A DNA stretch of 50,830 nt from Sphingomonadales bacterium. GTDB lineage: Bacteria; Pseudomonadota; Alphaproteobacteria; Sphingomonadales; Sphingomonadaceae. The position numbers were made by a program, and so were the translations under genes. Below the pieces are notes generated by a model. That model saw only the letters and a list, made by a program, of their open reading frames with translations. It was not told the origin of the DNA and did not search any database. Positions 20,715 through 30,519 of this stretch are shown one piece after another (position 1 is the stretch's first letter; each line of letters opens with the position of its first letter). The stretch covers positions 1 to 50,830 of the forward strand of contig JAGXGT010000052.1 in NCBI GenBank assembly GCA_024636595.1, given 5' to 3'.

Positions 20715-22171
20715 TGGCTACGCCGGTCAATCACGTGAAAGTGACGCTGGAACCAAATGACCACCCCTATCGCAACGGTGCTTGGACGCCGGTGTTTGAA
20801 GAGCTCGACACCGCTGAGCTTGAGATAATCGGCGAGATCCCCGCCGATATCGATGGCCTCTATGTCCGCAACACTGAGAATCCCCTCCATGACAGCCTCG
20901 GCCGCTATCATCCCTTTGATGGCGACGGCATGATTCATACGCTCCGGATCAAGGGCGGCAAGGCGACCTATCGCAACCGATTCGTCCGCACCAAGGGATT
21001 CGAGGCAGAGCAGCAAGCAGGCGGTCCGCTCTGGCCCGGCCTGATGGGCAATCCGCATGATGCACTGCAACCCGGCATGACCGCCCATGGCAGCGTCAAG
21101 GACAGCAGCTCGACCGACGTCGTCGTCCACGCAGGCGCGATCCTCTCGACCTTTTACCTGTGCGGCGAAGGCTATCGGCTCGATCCGGAAACCCTGACCA
21201 CGCTCGGTCCCGCCGACTGGGTGCCCGCGCATGGCATCTCCGCCCATTGCAAGGTCGATGAGGCTAGCGGCGACCTGTTGTTCTTCAACTATGCGATCGA
21301 GAAACCCCATCTCCAATATGGTGTCGTCGGTCCCGACAATCAGCTGAAGCATCTGGTACCGATCGACCTGCCCGGCCCGCGCTTGCCGCACGACATGGCG
21401 TTCACCGAGAATTATGCGATCTTCAACGACTGCCCGCTGTTCTGGAAAGAGGAATTGTTTGAGCGGAAGCTACGCATCCCGGCCTTCCATCCAGATATGC
21501 CGACGCGCTTCGGTATCCTGCCGCGCATGGGTCAGCCGGACGAGATCAAATGGTTCGAGGCGAAGCCAACCTATGTGCTGCACTGGGCCAATGCCTTCGA
21601 GGAGGGCGATGAAGTTGTCCTCGACGGATATTTCCAGAACGACCCGGTTCCGCCGGCGCTGACCGATTTTCCGTCAGGCTATGAGAGCATGGGTGCCAGC
21701 CTCGATCTGCACAGCTTCAAACCCGAACTGCACCGCTGGCGGTTCAATCTGAAAACCGGCGAGACAAAAGAAGAGACATTGTTCGACGATTATCCGGTCG
21801 AATTCGGGATGATCAACGAACGATTCGCGGGCCGGCCCTATCGCTATGTCTATAGCGTCACCGGCGAGCCGGGCTGGTTCCTGTTCAACGGCCTGACCAA
21901 ACATGATCTGGAGACCGGTGAAGCGGAGCATGTCTCGTTCGGCGAACAGAGATTCGGATCGGAAGCCCCCTTCATCCCGCGCGCCAATGCCCAGTCAGAG
22001 GATGACGGCTATCTGATCAGCTTTATCACCGATATGGCGCAGGACCGGTCGGAATGCATCATTATCGATGCGCAGAATATATCGGCGGGTCCGGTCTGCA
22101 CGATTATATTGCCGCACCGGATATCCAGCGGCACCCATGCATGCTGGGCTGCGGCGGAGCAATTGGGTTAG
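20714..22171 (+). CDS. Carotenoid oxygenase (RPE65/LSD) family dioxygenase
   Basis: HPFDGDGM; four Fe-binding His in SAHCK, LPHDM, VLHWAN, GTHACW; GSEAPF, EDDGYL. Confidence 0.92.
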   Translation: MATPVNHVKVTLEPNDHPYRNGAWTPVFEELDTAELEIIGEIPADIDGLYVRNTENPLHDSLGRYHPFDGDGMIHTLRIKGGKATYRNRFVRTKGFEAEQQAGGPLWPGLMGNPHDALQPGMTAHGSVKDSSSTDVVVHAGAILSTFYLCGEGYRLDPETLTTLGPADWVPAHGISAHCKVDEASGDLLFFNYAIEKPHLQYGVVGPDNQLKHLVPIDLPGPRLPHDMAFTENYAIFNDCPLFWKEELFERKLRIPAFHPDMPTRFGILPRMGQPDEIKWFEAKPTYVLHWANAFEEGDEVVLDGYFQNDPVPPALTDFPSGYESMGASLDLHSFKPELHRWRFNLKTGETKEETLFDDYPVEFGMINERFAGRPYRYVYSVTGEPGWFLFNGLTKHDLETGEAEHVSFGEQRFGSEAPFIPRANAQSEDDGYLISFITDMAQDRSECIIIDAQNISAGPVCTIILPHRISSGTHACWAAAEQLG

Positions 22172-22173
22172 CT

Positions 22174-22258
22174 CGTCATCCCAGCGAAGGCTGGGATCCA
22201 ATCCAATAGCGCGAGTCACACCAAGGCGGGTTAGACCCCAGCCTTCGCTGGGGCGACG
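22174..22258. repeat. CGTC-tagged REP doublet (CGTCATTCC family)
   Basis: CGTCATCCCAGCGAAGGCTGGGATCCA ... ACCCCAGCCTTCGCTGGGGCGACG between convergent genes. Confidence 0.88.
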
Positions 22259-22261
22259 GGT

Positions 22262-23299
22262 TCAATCAAACAACTCCCCGTCCACCTCTTTACCCGCAGG
22301 CGGATTCAGCCCGAGATGCTTCCACCCGCGATCGTTGAGCGCCCGTCCCCGCGCCGTTCGGGCAATCAGCCCGAGTTGGATCAGATAGGGCTCGATCACT
22401 TCCTCAATCGTATCGCGCGGTTCCGACAATCCAGCAGCGAGCGTTTCGACGCCTACGGGACCGCCCTTGTAGATATCCGCGATCATATGCAGATAGCGCC
22501 GGTCCATGGCGTCAAGACCGATATGGTCGACTTCCAGCCGGGTCAGCGAATCATCGGCGACCTTCTTGTCGACGACCTTGGTCCCCGCCACATTGGCAAA
22601 ATCCCGCACCCGCCGCAGCAAGCGCCCGGCGATGCGCGGTGTGCCCCGCGCCCGCCGCGCCACTTCAGTGGCCCCGTCCGGCGCAATGTCCAGATCGAGC
22701 AGCCGCGCGGCGCGGTGGACGACCTTTTCCAGTTCCTCGGTCGAATAGAAATTGAGCCGCACCGGTATGCCGAACCGGTCGCGCAGCGGCGTGGTTAGCA
22801 AGCCTTGCCGCGTGGTTGCCCCAATCAGGGTGAAGGCCGGCAGATCAATCCGCACCGAACGCGCCGACGGCCCTTCACCGATGATCAGATCAAGCGCGCG
22901 GTCCTCCATCGCCGGATAGAGGATTTCCTCGACCACCGGATTGAGCCGGTGAATCTCGTCGATAAACAGGACATCGCCTTCTTCCAGATTGGTCAGCAGC
23001 GCCGCCAGATCGCCGGACTTGGCGATCACCGGCCCGGACGTAGCCCGAAATCCAACCCCCAGCTCACGCGCAATAATCTGCGCCAGCGTGGTCTTGCCCA
23101 AACCGGGAGGCCCAAAGAACAACACATGGTCCAGCGCCTCGCTGCGCCCCTTCGCCGCCTCAATAAAAACCCGCAGATTCCCGCGCGCCGCTTCCTGCCC
23201 GATAAATTCGTCGAGCGTTTTTGGACGCAGGGCGGCGTCGATGTCTTCGACTTTGCGTTCCCCCGAAACCATGCGGTCGCTGTGTACCTCATTCGTCAT
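22262..23299 (-). CDS. ruvB: Holliday junction branch migration helicase RuvB
   Basis: [29 protein letters not shown]. Confidence 0.98.
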   Translation of the reverse strand: MTNEVHSDRMVSGERKVEDIDAALRPKTLDEFIGQEAARGNLRVFIEAAKGRSEALDHVLFFGPPGLGKTTLAQIIARELGVGFRATSGPVIAKSGDLAALLTNLEEGDVLFIDEIHRLNPVVEEILYPAMEDRALDLIIGEGPSARSVRIDLPAFTLIGATTRQGLLTTPLRDRFGIPVRLNFYSTEELEKVVHRAARLLDLDIAPDGATEVARRARGTPRIAGRLLRRVRDFANVAGTKVVDKKVADDSLTRLEVDHIGLDAMDRRYLHMIADIYKGGPVGVETLAAGLSEPRDTIEEVIEPYLIQLGLIARTARGRALNDRGWKHLGLNPPAGKEVDGELFD

Positions 23300-23381
23300 G
23301 CTGAACTCGTTTCAGCATCTCGTGCGATTTGGCAAGCGGCGTTCACCGCCGCCAGAGATCCTGAATCAAGTTCAGGATGAC
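23294..23381. repeat. CGTC-tagged REP doublet (CGTCATCCTGAAC family)
   Basis: CGTCATGCTGAACTCGTTTCAGCATCTC ... GAGATCCTGAATCAAGTTCAGGATGAC. Confidence 0.9.
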
Positions 23382-23396
23382 AAGAATATGCATCCA

Positions 23397-24002
23397 TCAC
23401 CGCGCCGCCTTCTTCAACGCCAGCCGCACCAGCGCATCCAGCGTCGCGCCATCCCCGGCCTCGGCATCCGCCGCTGCCACCGCCGCACTCGCATCCGCCG
23501 GTTTGAAACCCAGATTCTGCAGCGCGCTCACCGCATCAGCGCTGTTGCTCGAAGGTGCGTGGACTACGCCGCCTGCACCGACAACTGGATCGGCCGCGAT
23601 GCCGCCGACCTTGTCTTTCAATTCATTGACAATCCGCAGCGCCAGTTTTGGCCCGACGCCATTGGCCCGCGTGATCATCGCCTTGTCGCCCATCGACACT
23701 GCCCGCGAAATCTCACCCGGTTCCAGCGCCGACAAGATCGCCAGCGCCACCTTGCCGCCGACACCCTGCACCGAAATCAGCAAGCGGAACCAGTCGCGCT
23801 CCGAGCCGCTGGCAAAGCCCATCAGCCGCATGTCGGTCTCGCTGACCTGCATTTCGGTATAGATGGTCGCGCCATCGCCGACCCCGCCAATCGCCGCGAT
23901 GGTACGCGAGGAGCAGAAGACCAGATAGCCAACGCCCTGCACATCGAGCACGATATTGTCCGTGCCGATTTCGTCGATAATGCCGGTGAGTTTTGCGATC
24001 AT
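23397..24002 (-). CDS. ruvA: Holliday junction DNA-binding protein RuvA
   Basis: MIAKLTG, DVQGVGY, HhH motifs VQGVGGK and ANGVGPK, ALQNLGF. Confidence 0.97.
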   Translation of the reverse strand: MIAKLTGIIDEIGTDNIVLDVQGVGYLVFCSSRTIAAIGGVGDGATIYTEMQVSETDMRLMGFASGSERDWFRLLISVQGVGGKVALAILSALEPGEISRAVSMGDKAMITRANGVGPKLALRIVNELKDKVGGIAADPVVGAGGVVHAPSSNSADAVSALQNLGFKPADASAAVAAADAEAGDGATLDALVRLALKKAAR

Positions 24003-24078
24003 ATTGTTGTTTTAGACTAACTTGCTCGGCAATCCAGCGTTCTTTCTCAACCTCGCGTAAGCGGGCTACAAAATTCGG

Positions 24079-24153
24079 CTCGCACGAAGCCACAAAGGCA
24101 CGAAGCGAATGGTGACACGGACTTGCCTTCGTGCGTTTGTGGCTTCGTGCGAG
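24079..24153. repeat. 27-bp inverted repeat built from 8-nt periodic units
   Basis: CTCGCACGAAGCCACAAAGGCACGAAG (24079-24105) vs CTTCGTGCGTTTGTGGCTTCGTGCGAG (24127-24153), one mismatch. Confidence 0.9.
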
Positions 24154-24158
24154 AAAAT

Positions 24159-24230
24159 CCGTCCGTCCTGAGCCTGTCGAAGGACAGCTGCCGGTCGATA
24201 GGTGCACTTCGACAAGCTCAGTGCGAACGG
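24159..24230. repeat. REP-like doublet (CCGTT..CTGAGCTTGTCGAAG family)
   Basis: CCGTCCGTCCTGAGCCTGTCGAAGGAC ... CTTCGACAAGCTCAGTGCGAACGG; related copies at 33630 and 37402. Confidence 0.88.
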
Positions 24231-24249
24231 TGCTCAATTCGTTTCAATC

Positions 24250-24720
24250 TCACCTCTTCCGGTGATGCGCATGGGTAATCGCCACCGCCAGCGCATCGGC
24301 GGCATCCGCGCCGGCCAGCTTCACGCCCGGCAGCAGGATCTTGATCATCGCCTGCACCTGATCCTTGTCCGCCTTGCCGACACCGACCACGGATTTCTTC
24401 ACCGTCCGCGCCGAATATTCGCCGACTTCGATCCCTGTCCGCGACGCGCCGAGCAGCACCACACCGCGCGCCTGCCCCAGCTTCAGCGTACTTTGCGGAT
24501 TGCTGTTGACGAACACTTCCTCGACCGCCACGCCATCCGGCTTATATTCGAGCAGTACATCGGTCAGCGCCAGGTCGAGCTGGAGCAACCGGCTGGCCAA
24601 GGCCATTTTTGGATCGGTCTTGATCTGGCCATTGGCAATATGGGACAGGCGGTTGCCATCCGCCGCGATCACGCCCCAGCCGGTAGTACCGAGACCGGGG
24701 TCAAGGCCGAGAATGATCAT
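24250..24720 (-). CDS. ruvC: Crossover junction endodeoxyribonuclease RuvC
   Basis: [32 protein letters not shown]. Confidence 0.97.
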   Translation of the reverse strand: MIILGLDPGLGTTGWGVIAADGNRLSHIANGQIKTDPKMALASRLLQLDLALTDVLLEYKPDGVAVEEVFVNSNPQSTLKLGQARGVVLLGASRTGIEVGEYSARTVKKSVVGVGKADKDQVQAMIKILLPGVKLAGADAADALAVAITHAHHRKR

Positions 24721-24735
24721 CTCAGATTGCCGGCA

Positions 24736-25086
24736 TCATATGGGTAGCCCGATGCGGCGACCGACAAAAGCCATCAGCAGATACAGGCTGACGGTCAGCA
24801 CGCAGCCCGCCGCCAGCGACAGCCAGAAGCTGATTCCGCTGCGCAGAAGCATCGGAATCAGGAGAAACATTGGAAGAGATGGAAGCACATACCAGAAGGT
24901 CGCCTCGGCATGCAGCGCCATATTGTCCGCATCAGGTCGCGCAAACCAAAGAAAGATCATGCCCAATATCGAGATCAGCGGCAACGACGCGACCAGCGCC
25001 CCGAAACTGGGCTGGCGTTGGGCGATGCCCGCCACCAGAGCCACGATCACTCCCGCAAGAGCGGCCTTGGCGGCGAATTCCCACAT
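24736..25086 (-). CDS. Small membrane protein, DUF3147-like
   Basis: GALVASLPLISIL, TFWYVLPSLPMF; TGATG coupling with yebC. Confidence 0.75.
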   Translation of the reverse strand: MWEFAAKAALAGVIVALVAGIAQRQPSFGALVASLPLISILGMIFLWFARPDADNMALHAEATFWYVLPSLPMFLLIPMLLRSGISFWLSLAAGCVLTVSLYLLMAFVGRRIGLPI

Positions 25087-25835
25087 CACTCGGCGTTCAG
25101 TTTTTCCATGATTTCGTCGGACACGTCATAATTGCCCCAGACGGTCTGCACGTCATCATCCTCTTCCAGCATGTCGATCAGATTGAGCAAGGTCTCGGCC
25201 TGTTCCTGATCGACTTCGACCTGCACCGAGGGCCGCCAGGCGAGTTTGACGCTTTCCGCTTCGCCGAGCGCCTTTTCCAGGGCACCGGACACTTCGTGCA
25301 GATCTTCCATCGCGGTCCAGATTTCATGACCGTCATCATCCGAGGAAATATCGTCAGCGCCGGCTTCCATCGCAGCTTCGAGGACTTTTTCCTCATCGCC
25401 GGCGCTGGCGGGATAATGGATATAGCCGACCCGGTCAAAACCGTGCGAAACGGAACCACTTTCGCCCAGATTGCCACCATTTCTCGACATAATGGTGCGA
25501 ACATTGGTGAAAGTCCGGTTATTATTGTCGGTCAGCGTCTCGATGATCAGCGACACGCCGCCCGGACCAAAGCCTTCATAGCGGATTTCGGTATAGTCAT
25601 CGCCTTCGTTGGCCGACGCCTTTTCGATCGCCCGCTGGATATTGTCCTTGGGCATCGACACCGCCTTGGCGCTGTTGACCGCCAGCCGCAGCCGCGGGTT
25701 GAAATCCGGATCGGGCATGCCGGACTTGGCCGCCACGGTGATTTCGCGCGACAGTTTTGAAAACTGCGCCGCCCGCTTCTTGTCCTGCGCGCCCTTGCGA
25801 TGCTTGATATTGTTAAATTTACTATGGCCTGCCAT
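25086..25835 (-). CDS. yebC: YebC/PmpR family protein
   Basis: [35 protein letters not shown]. Confidence 0.96.
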   Translation of the reverse strand: MAGHSKFNNIKHRKGAQDKKRAAQFSKLSREITVAAKSGMPDPDFNPRLRLAVNSAKAVSMPKDNIQRAIEKASANEGDDYTEIRYEGFGPGGVSLIIETLTDNNNRTFTNVRTIMSRNGGNLGESGSVSHGFDRVGYIHYPASAGDEEKVLEAAMEAGADDISSDDDGHEIWTAMEDLHEVSGALEKALGEAESVKLAWRPSVQVEVDQEQAETLLNLIDMLEEDDDVQTVWGNYDVSDEIMEKLNAE

Positions 25836-25882
25836 ATGATTCGTCCGTTGTTTGGATGGTTCAGTTGGGGGTTCTTTGCCGC

Positions 25883-26650
25883 ATGTTTAAGACCAACTCA
25901 ACCATTGGATGGGCAATCGGTCGCCTGACCGCAACGGCGGGTGATTTGATCGCCTTCCTACGCGCCCCAAAGCTGGACAGCGCAGACGACCAACCGCTCG
26001 GAAAACTGCCAGATCTTGCCTGGTTATTCGCGCTAAACCTGATCATCGTCGCGGCCATCGCTGCGATACTCCTGCCGGTCATGCTACTGCTCGATATCAA
26101 GATGGCGAGCAGCATGGCCGATCTGTTCAACCGTCCCTTCTGGCAATTGATAGCATTTGTGGTTGTCGTCGGCCCGATCGCGGAAGAATTGCTCTTCCGC
26201 GCCTGGCTAACGGGCTCGCCGAGGCTTCTGGTGCCCTTTTTCGGCGTATTGGCATGGCTGGCTGCCTCGACCGGTTTGCTGCATGTGGGCTGGCTTGACA
26301 CCAAGGGCCCGATAGCGGCGGTGCTTTTGGCCGTGATTGTTGCGGCTGTCATCATCGGCCTGTTCGCCTGTTGGAAACGCACGACGCCAAGATGGTTTGT
26401 AAAGGCCTTCCCACTGATCTTCTGGAGCCAGGCGTTGCTCTTCGGCTTTGTCCATGTGTTCAACTATGCTGGCGGGAATCCCGTCGCTCTGCTGCCGTTT
26501 GTTTTGCCGCAGCTGGTCGGCGGTCTGATCTGGGGCTATGCCCGAATCCGCTATGGCTGGTGGGCCAATATTGCCCTGCACATGGCCTATAATCTGGTGG
26601 CGACGAGCGCCTTGCTATATATGCTGCTCACCCAACCGGAAGTGGTTTAG
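25883..26650 (+). CDS. CPBP (CAAX/Abi) intramembrane metalloprotease
   Basis: EELLFR, FGFVH, HMAYN motifs; several TM helices; start uncertain. Confidence 0.88.
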   Translation: MFKTNSTIGWAIGRLTATAGDLIAFLRAPKLDSADDQPLGKLPDLAWLFALNLIIVAAIAAILLPVMLLLDIKMASSMADLFNRPFWQLIAFVVVVGPIAEELLFRAWLTGSPRLLVPFFGVLAWLAASTGLLHVGWLDTKGPIAAVLLAVIVAAVIIGLFACWKRTTPRWFVKAFPLIFWSQALLFGFVHVFNYAGGNPVALLPFVLPQLVGGLIWGYARIRYGWWANIALHMAYNLVATSALLYMLLTQPEVV

Positions 26651-26967
26651 GCAATGACGACGGCGGTGCCGGATGCCGATACCATCAGCATCGAACCCTT
26701 GTCACCGACCACCTCATAGTCGAGATCGACGCCGACAACCGCATTGGCGCCGACCTTCGCCGCCTCCGCCTGCATTTCCGCGAGGGCCTCATCGCGCGCC
26801 CGTTTCAGGACATTTTCATATTTGCCTGACCGACCGCCAACGATGTCGGTGATACTGGCGAACAGATCACGGAACAGGTTTGCGCCGACGATGACCTCGC
26901 CGATCACGATCCCGCGATAGTCGCTAATCGCGTGATCCTCGATAGTGGGTGTCGTGGTGACGATCAT
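26647..26967 (-). CDS. YbjQ/UPF0145 family protein
   Basis: [34 protein letters not shown]. Confidence 0.92.
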   Translation of the reverse strand: MIVTTTPTIEDHAISDYRGIVIGEVIVGANLFRDLFASITDIVGGRSGKYENVLKRARDEALAEMQAEAAKVGANAVVGVDLDYEVVGDKGSMLMVSASGTAVVIA

Positions 26968-27021
26968 AGGGCTTGTCCTTTTCTTGCCTGCTGCGAACCG
27001 GATGCTAATACTCCACCGTCG

Positions 27022-27510
27022 TCAGAGCAACCGCTGAAACCAGGCCACGTCGCGCCAGCCGCCCATTTTCCAGCCGACTTCCTTGTAGGTACCGACCAGT
27101 TCAAAGCCCATCGCCCGGTGCAGGGCGATACTCGCTTCGTTTGGCAGGGCTATGCCGGCGAAAGCCGCGTGGATTTTTCTCGCTTTCAGCCGCGGCAGGA
27201 GCGCCTCGTACAGCGCCCGGCCGAGACCTTGGCGCGCCTGACCGGGATCGATATAAACAGCGACATCACAACTGGTTTGATAGGCCCCCCGCGTGCGATG
27301 CTCGGAGCCATAGGCATAGCCAAGCACCGCTCCATCTCTTTCCGCAACCAGCCAGTCGTGCGAGTTCAGAGCCTTGGCAATGCGGCCAGCCATTTCGTCG
27401 GGATCAGGGGCATCCAGTTCAAAGCTGACCCAGCCATCGGTCACGAACGGCGCGTAGATTTCGGCACAGCGGGACGCGTCAGCGACCGTCGCGGACCGAA
27501 CCGGGATCAT
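27022..27510 (-). CDS. GNAT acetyltransferase, phosphinothricin-acetyltransferase-like
   Basis: SFE, RQGLGRALY, GIALPNEASIALH, EVGWKMGGWRDV. Confidence 0.88.
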   Translation of the reverse strand: MIPVRSATVADASRCAEIYAPFVTDGWVSFELDAPDPDEMAGRIAKALNSHDWLVAERDGAVLGYAYGSEHRTRGAYQTSCDVAVYIDPGQARQGLGRALYEALLPRLKARKIHAAFAGIALPNEASIALHRAMGFELVGTYKEVGWKMGGWRDVAWFQRLL

Positions 27511-27752
27511 CAGGCCAGGCCGAGCGCCGCTTTATAGGTGTCGAGAATGGCTTCCATTTCCTGCCGGTCATGAGCTTCCATTTTTCTGAGGCGAACAATC
27601 TGACGCATGATCTTGGCGTCATAGCCCTGCGACTTGGCTTCGGAATAAACATCGCGAATATCGTCCGCCATGCCTTTTTTCTCTTCTTCCAGCCGTTCGA
27701 TACGCTCGATAAACAGACGCAGCTGGTCTGCGGCAACATTGCCTTCGCTCAT
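27510..27752 (-). CDS. gapR: DUF2312/GapR nucleoid-associated protein
   Basis: [35 protein letters not shown]. Confidence 0.9.
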   Translation of the reverse strand: MSEGNVAADQLRLFIERIERLEEEKKGMADDIRDVYSEAKSQGYDAKIMRQIVRLRKMEAHDRQEMEAILDTYKAALGLA

Positions 27753-27796
27753 TCTTCATTCCTTTGAAATATTTTGTTCGGATTCGTAGCCCGTCT

Positions 27797-28102
27797 TTAA
27801 GATGCGTCGGCGTTTTTGGCCACGCTTTCCTTCATCTTTTTGAGCCGCTCCGGGGTTGCCTCGGTCTGATATTTTTTCTTCCATTCGTTGACCGGCATGC
27901 CATGGATTGCCTCACGCGCCTCGTCCTTGGTCATCGTGCCACCGGCGTCATTGGTCGCTTCCATAACCCAGTCGGCGAGGCAATTGCGGCAGAAACCGGC
28001 CAGCCCCATCAAATCGATATTTTCCGCATCATGGCGGTGCTGAAGATGGTTTACCAGACGGCGAAAGGCAGCGGCGGCGGCATCGGATATTTGGTCGGTC
28101 AT
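27797..28102 (-). CDS. DUF1244 family protein
   Basis: AFRRLVNHL, NIDLMGLAGFCRNCLADW; usual neighbour of pyk and gapR. Confidence 0.85.
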   Translation of the reverse strand: MTDQISDAAAAAFRRLVNHLQHRHDAENIDLMGLAGFCRNCLADWVMEATNDAGGTMTKDEAREAIHGMPVNEWKKKYQTEATPERLKKMKESVAKNADAS

Positions 28103-28188
28103 GTTCGTTTCCGTTGTTTTTTGTTTTTAACCTGTCATGAATTAGGAATAAGCAACCCGCAGGTAAAGCGCCACTAAGGAATTTGTGA

Positions 28189-29640
28189 ATGGCATCGCCG
28201 ATCTTCTCCCGCAACCGCAAGGTCAAAGTGCTGGCGACGCTGGGCCCGTCCAGCGGCAGCCCGGAAATGATCGAGAAATTGTACCGCGCTGGCGTCGACG
28301 CATTCCGGATGAATATGAGCCACGGTGAGCATGAGGCACATGCCGCCAATGTGAAATCAATCCGGGCGCTGGAAAAGCAAATCGGTCGGCCAATCGCCAT
28401 CCTTGCCGATCTGCAGGGGCCAAAGCTGCGCATCGGCACCTTTGCCAATCCGCCGGTGCTGCTGAAAGACGGCGAACGCTTCACCCTCGACATGGTCAAG
28501 GAAAAGGGTGACGCCACCCGCGTCAGCCTGCCCCACAAGGAGATATTGAGCACGCTGCAGCCGGGTCACACCTTGTTGCTAGACGACGGCAAGATCCGGC
28601 TCGAGGTGACCAGCACGGATGGCAAGAGCGTCGAGACCAAAGTGATCGTCGGCGGCGAAATATCCGACCGCAAGGGCGTCAATGTGCCGGAAGTTGTACT
28701 GCCGGTCAGCTCGCTGACCGACAAGGATCGCAAGGATCTGACGTTCGCGCTCGAACAGGATGTCGACTGGATTGCGCTCAGTTTCGTGCAGCGCCCGGAA
28801 GATGTAGCCGAGGCGCGTCGGTTGATCGGCGGCAAGGCGGCGCTGCTGGCCAAGATCGAGAAGCCCGCGGCGATCGACCGGCTCGACGAGATACTGGAAC
28901 TGTCGGATGCGGTGATGGTCGCGCGCGGTGATCTTGGCGTGGAGCTGCTGCCGGAACAGGTCCCGCCGCTGCAGAAGAAAATTGTCGCTGCGGCCCGCAA
29001 GCTGGGCCGTCCGGTGGTGGTAGCGACCCAGATGCTGGAATCGATGATCAAGTCGCCGACCCCGACGCGCGCCGAAGTATCCGACGTAGCCACCGCCATT
29101 TATGACGGCGCCGATGCCATCATGCTTTCGGCCGAGTCCGCGGTCGGCGACTGGCCGATCGAAGCGGCGACGATGATGGACCGGATCGCTGCGCAGGTGG
29201 AAAATGATCCGTCCTACGCCGACCGGGTGCATTTTACCGAAACCGTGCCGGATGAAACGACCGCAGATGCGCTGGCCGCAGCGAGCTACAATATCGCTCG
29301 CACCATCGAGACATCAGCGATCGTCTGTTACACATCGTCCGGCTCGACCGCCCGCCGGATGGCGCGCGAACGGCCTTCCGTGCCGCTGCTGGTGCTCACC
29401 CCCAACCGGCACACCGCCCGTCGCGTCGGCTTGCTGTGGGGTGCCTATGCCGTGGTCACCCGCGATGTCAGCGATTTCGAGGAAATGATCGCCAAGGCCA
29501 AGCGCATGGCCCTGCGCCACAAGCTGGGCGAGGCGGGATCCCGGTTGATCGTCTGTGCGGGCGTCCCCTTCGGCACTCCCGGCTCGACCAACCTGCTGCA
29601 TGTGGTGCGGCTGAGCGGGGACGAACTCAAGCGCAGCTAG
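28189..29640 (+). CDS. pyk: Pyruvate kinase
   Basis: ATLGP, RMNMSHG, DLQGPKLR, AKIE, MVARGDLGVE, ATQMLESM. Confidence 0.98.
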   Translation: MASPIFSRNRKVKVLATLGPSSGSPEMIEKLYRAGVDAFRMNMSHGEHEAHAANVKSIRALEKQIGRPIAILADLQGPKLRIGTFANPPVLLKDGERFTLDMVKEKGDATRVSLPHKEILSTLQPGHTLLLDDGKIRLEVTSTDGKSVETKVIVGGEISDRKGVNVPEVVLPVSSLTDKDRKDLTFALEQDVDWIALSFVQRPEDVAEARRLIGGKAALLAKIEKPAAIDRLDEILELSDAVMVARGDLGVELLPEQVPPLQKKIVAAARKLGRPVVVATQMLESMIKSPTPTRAEVSDVATAIYDGADAIMLSAESAVGDWPIEAATMMDRIAAQVENDPSYADRVHFTETVPDETTADALAAASYNIARTIETSAIVCYTSSGSTARRMARERPSVPLLVLTPNRHTARRVGLLWGAYAVVTRDVSDFEEMIAKAKRMALRHKLGEAGSRLIVCAGVPFGTPGSTNLLHVVRLSGDELKRS

Positions 29641-29646
29641 ACGAAT

Positions 29647-30255
29647 CTAAAGCAGGCCCCGCGCAACCAGATCCTGTTGCAGCGCTCCGGCTGTTTCAAA
29701 CACATGCCCGGCTATTCCGAGGTCAGTCGCAGCCGCGACATTCTCTAGCCGATCATCAATGAACAGGCATTGCTCGGGCTTCCGATCAAAGCGGTTCAGT
29801 GCCAGATGATAGATTGCCGGGTCTGGCTTCATCAGCTTCTCATCGCCAGAGACGACGATATCCTCAAAGCAGTCGAAAACCGGCGCGTGCGGACGAAACC
29901 CGTGCCAGAATTCCGAGCCGAAGTTGGTTATGCCGAAGATTGCCACGTTGTTTTGGTGGAGCCGCTTTACCAGATCCAGCGAACCCGGCACCGGCCCGGG
30001 AATCGTCTCGTTAAACCGCGCTGCATAGGCGCGGATATGCGATTCATATTTCGGGAAGGATATAATGCGCTCGGCCACCGTCTCGGCAAGCGGACGTCCC
30101 GCGTCGTGCTGAAAATGCCATTCCGGGGTGACAACATGTGCCAGGAACCAGTCCAGTTCCTGCGGGTCGTCGATCAATGTTATGAACAGGCAGCGCAAAT
30201 CCCATCGATAGAGCACGTTGCCCACATCAAAGATTACGGTGTCGATTTTGGCGAT
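29647..30255 (-). CDS. HAD family phosphatase (YihX-like), probable non-canonical ATC start
   Basis: Frame reads IAKIDTVIFDVGNVL upstream of the tracked GTG; ITNF, KPDPAIY, LFIDD motifs; in-frame TAG five codons before the ATC. Confidence 0.8.
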   Translation of the reverse strand: MAKIDTVIFDVGNVLYRWDLRCLFITLIDDPQELDWFLAHVVTPEWHFQHDAGRPLAETVAERIISFPKYESHIRAYAARFNETIPGPVPGSLDLVKRLHQNNVAIFGITNFGSEFWHGFRPHAPVFDCFEDIVVSGDEKLMKPDPAIYHLALNRFDRKPEQCLFIDDRLENVAAATDLGIAGHVFETAGALQQDLVARGLL

Positions 30256-30292
30256 GGTAGATGATCCCTACCAAATTGAGCGCAGTGCGCGA

Positions 30293-30418
30293 TTAGCCCT
30301 GGCGTGCCTTGAACCGGCGATTCGTCTTGTTGATCACATAGGTGCGACCACGGCGACGGATGACGCGGCAATCCCGGTGACGGTTTTTAAGCGACTTCAA
30401 AGAGTTGCGGACTTTCAT
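30293..30418 (-). CDS. rpmJ: 50S ribosomal protein L36, zinc-free type B (not in ORF track)
   Basis: My translation: [41 protein letters not shown]. Confidence 0.97.
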   Translation of the reverse strand: MKVRNSLKSLKNRHRDCRVIRRRGRTYVINKTNRRFKARQG

Positions 30419-30519
30419 TTTGGTACCACGCCTTGATTATCTGAATTTCTTGAAAGCAGGCTTGCTGCGTTGAAGCAGGGCAATTAAGGTCGGCGGCTGC
30501 CAAAGTCAAGCGACCAGCG

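Noticed and set aside
25883-26650. Abi-family phage defence gene
   Set aside because: Motifs are those of CPBP/CAAX proteases; no defence context
28127-28141. TTAA-N7-TGAA between DUF1244 and pyk as a CtrA site
   Set aside because: One mismatch in an AT-rich gap without the full TTAACCAT half-site; too weak
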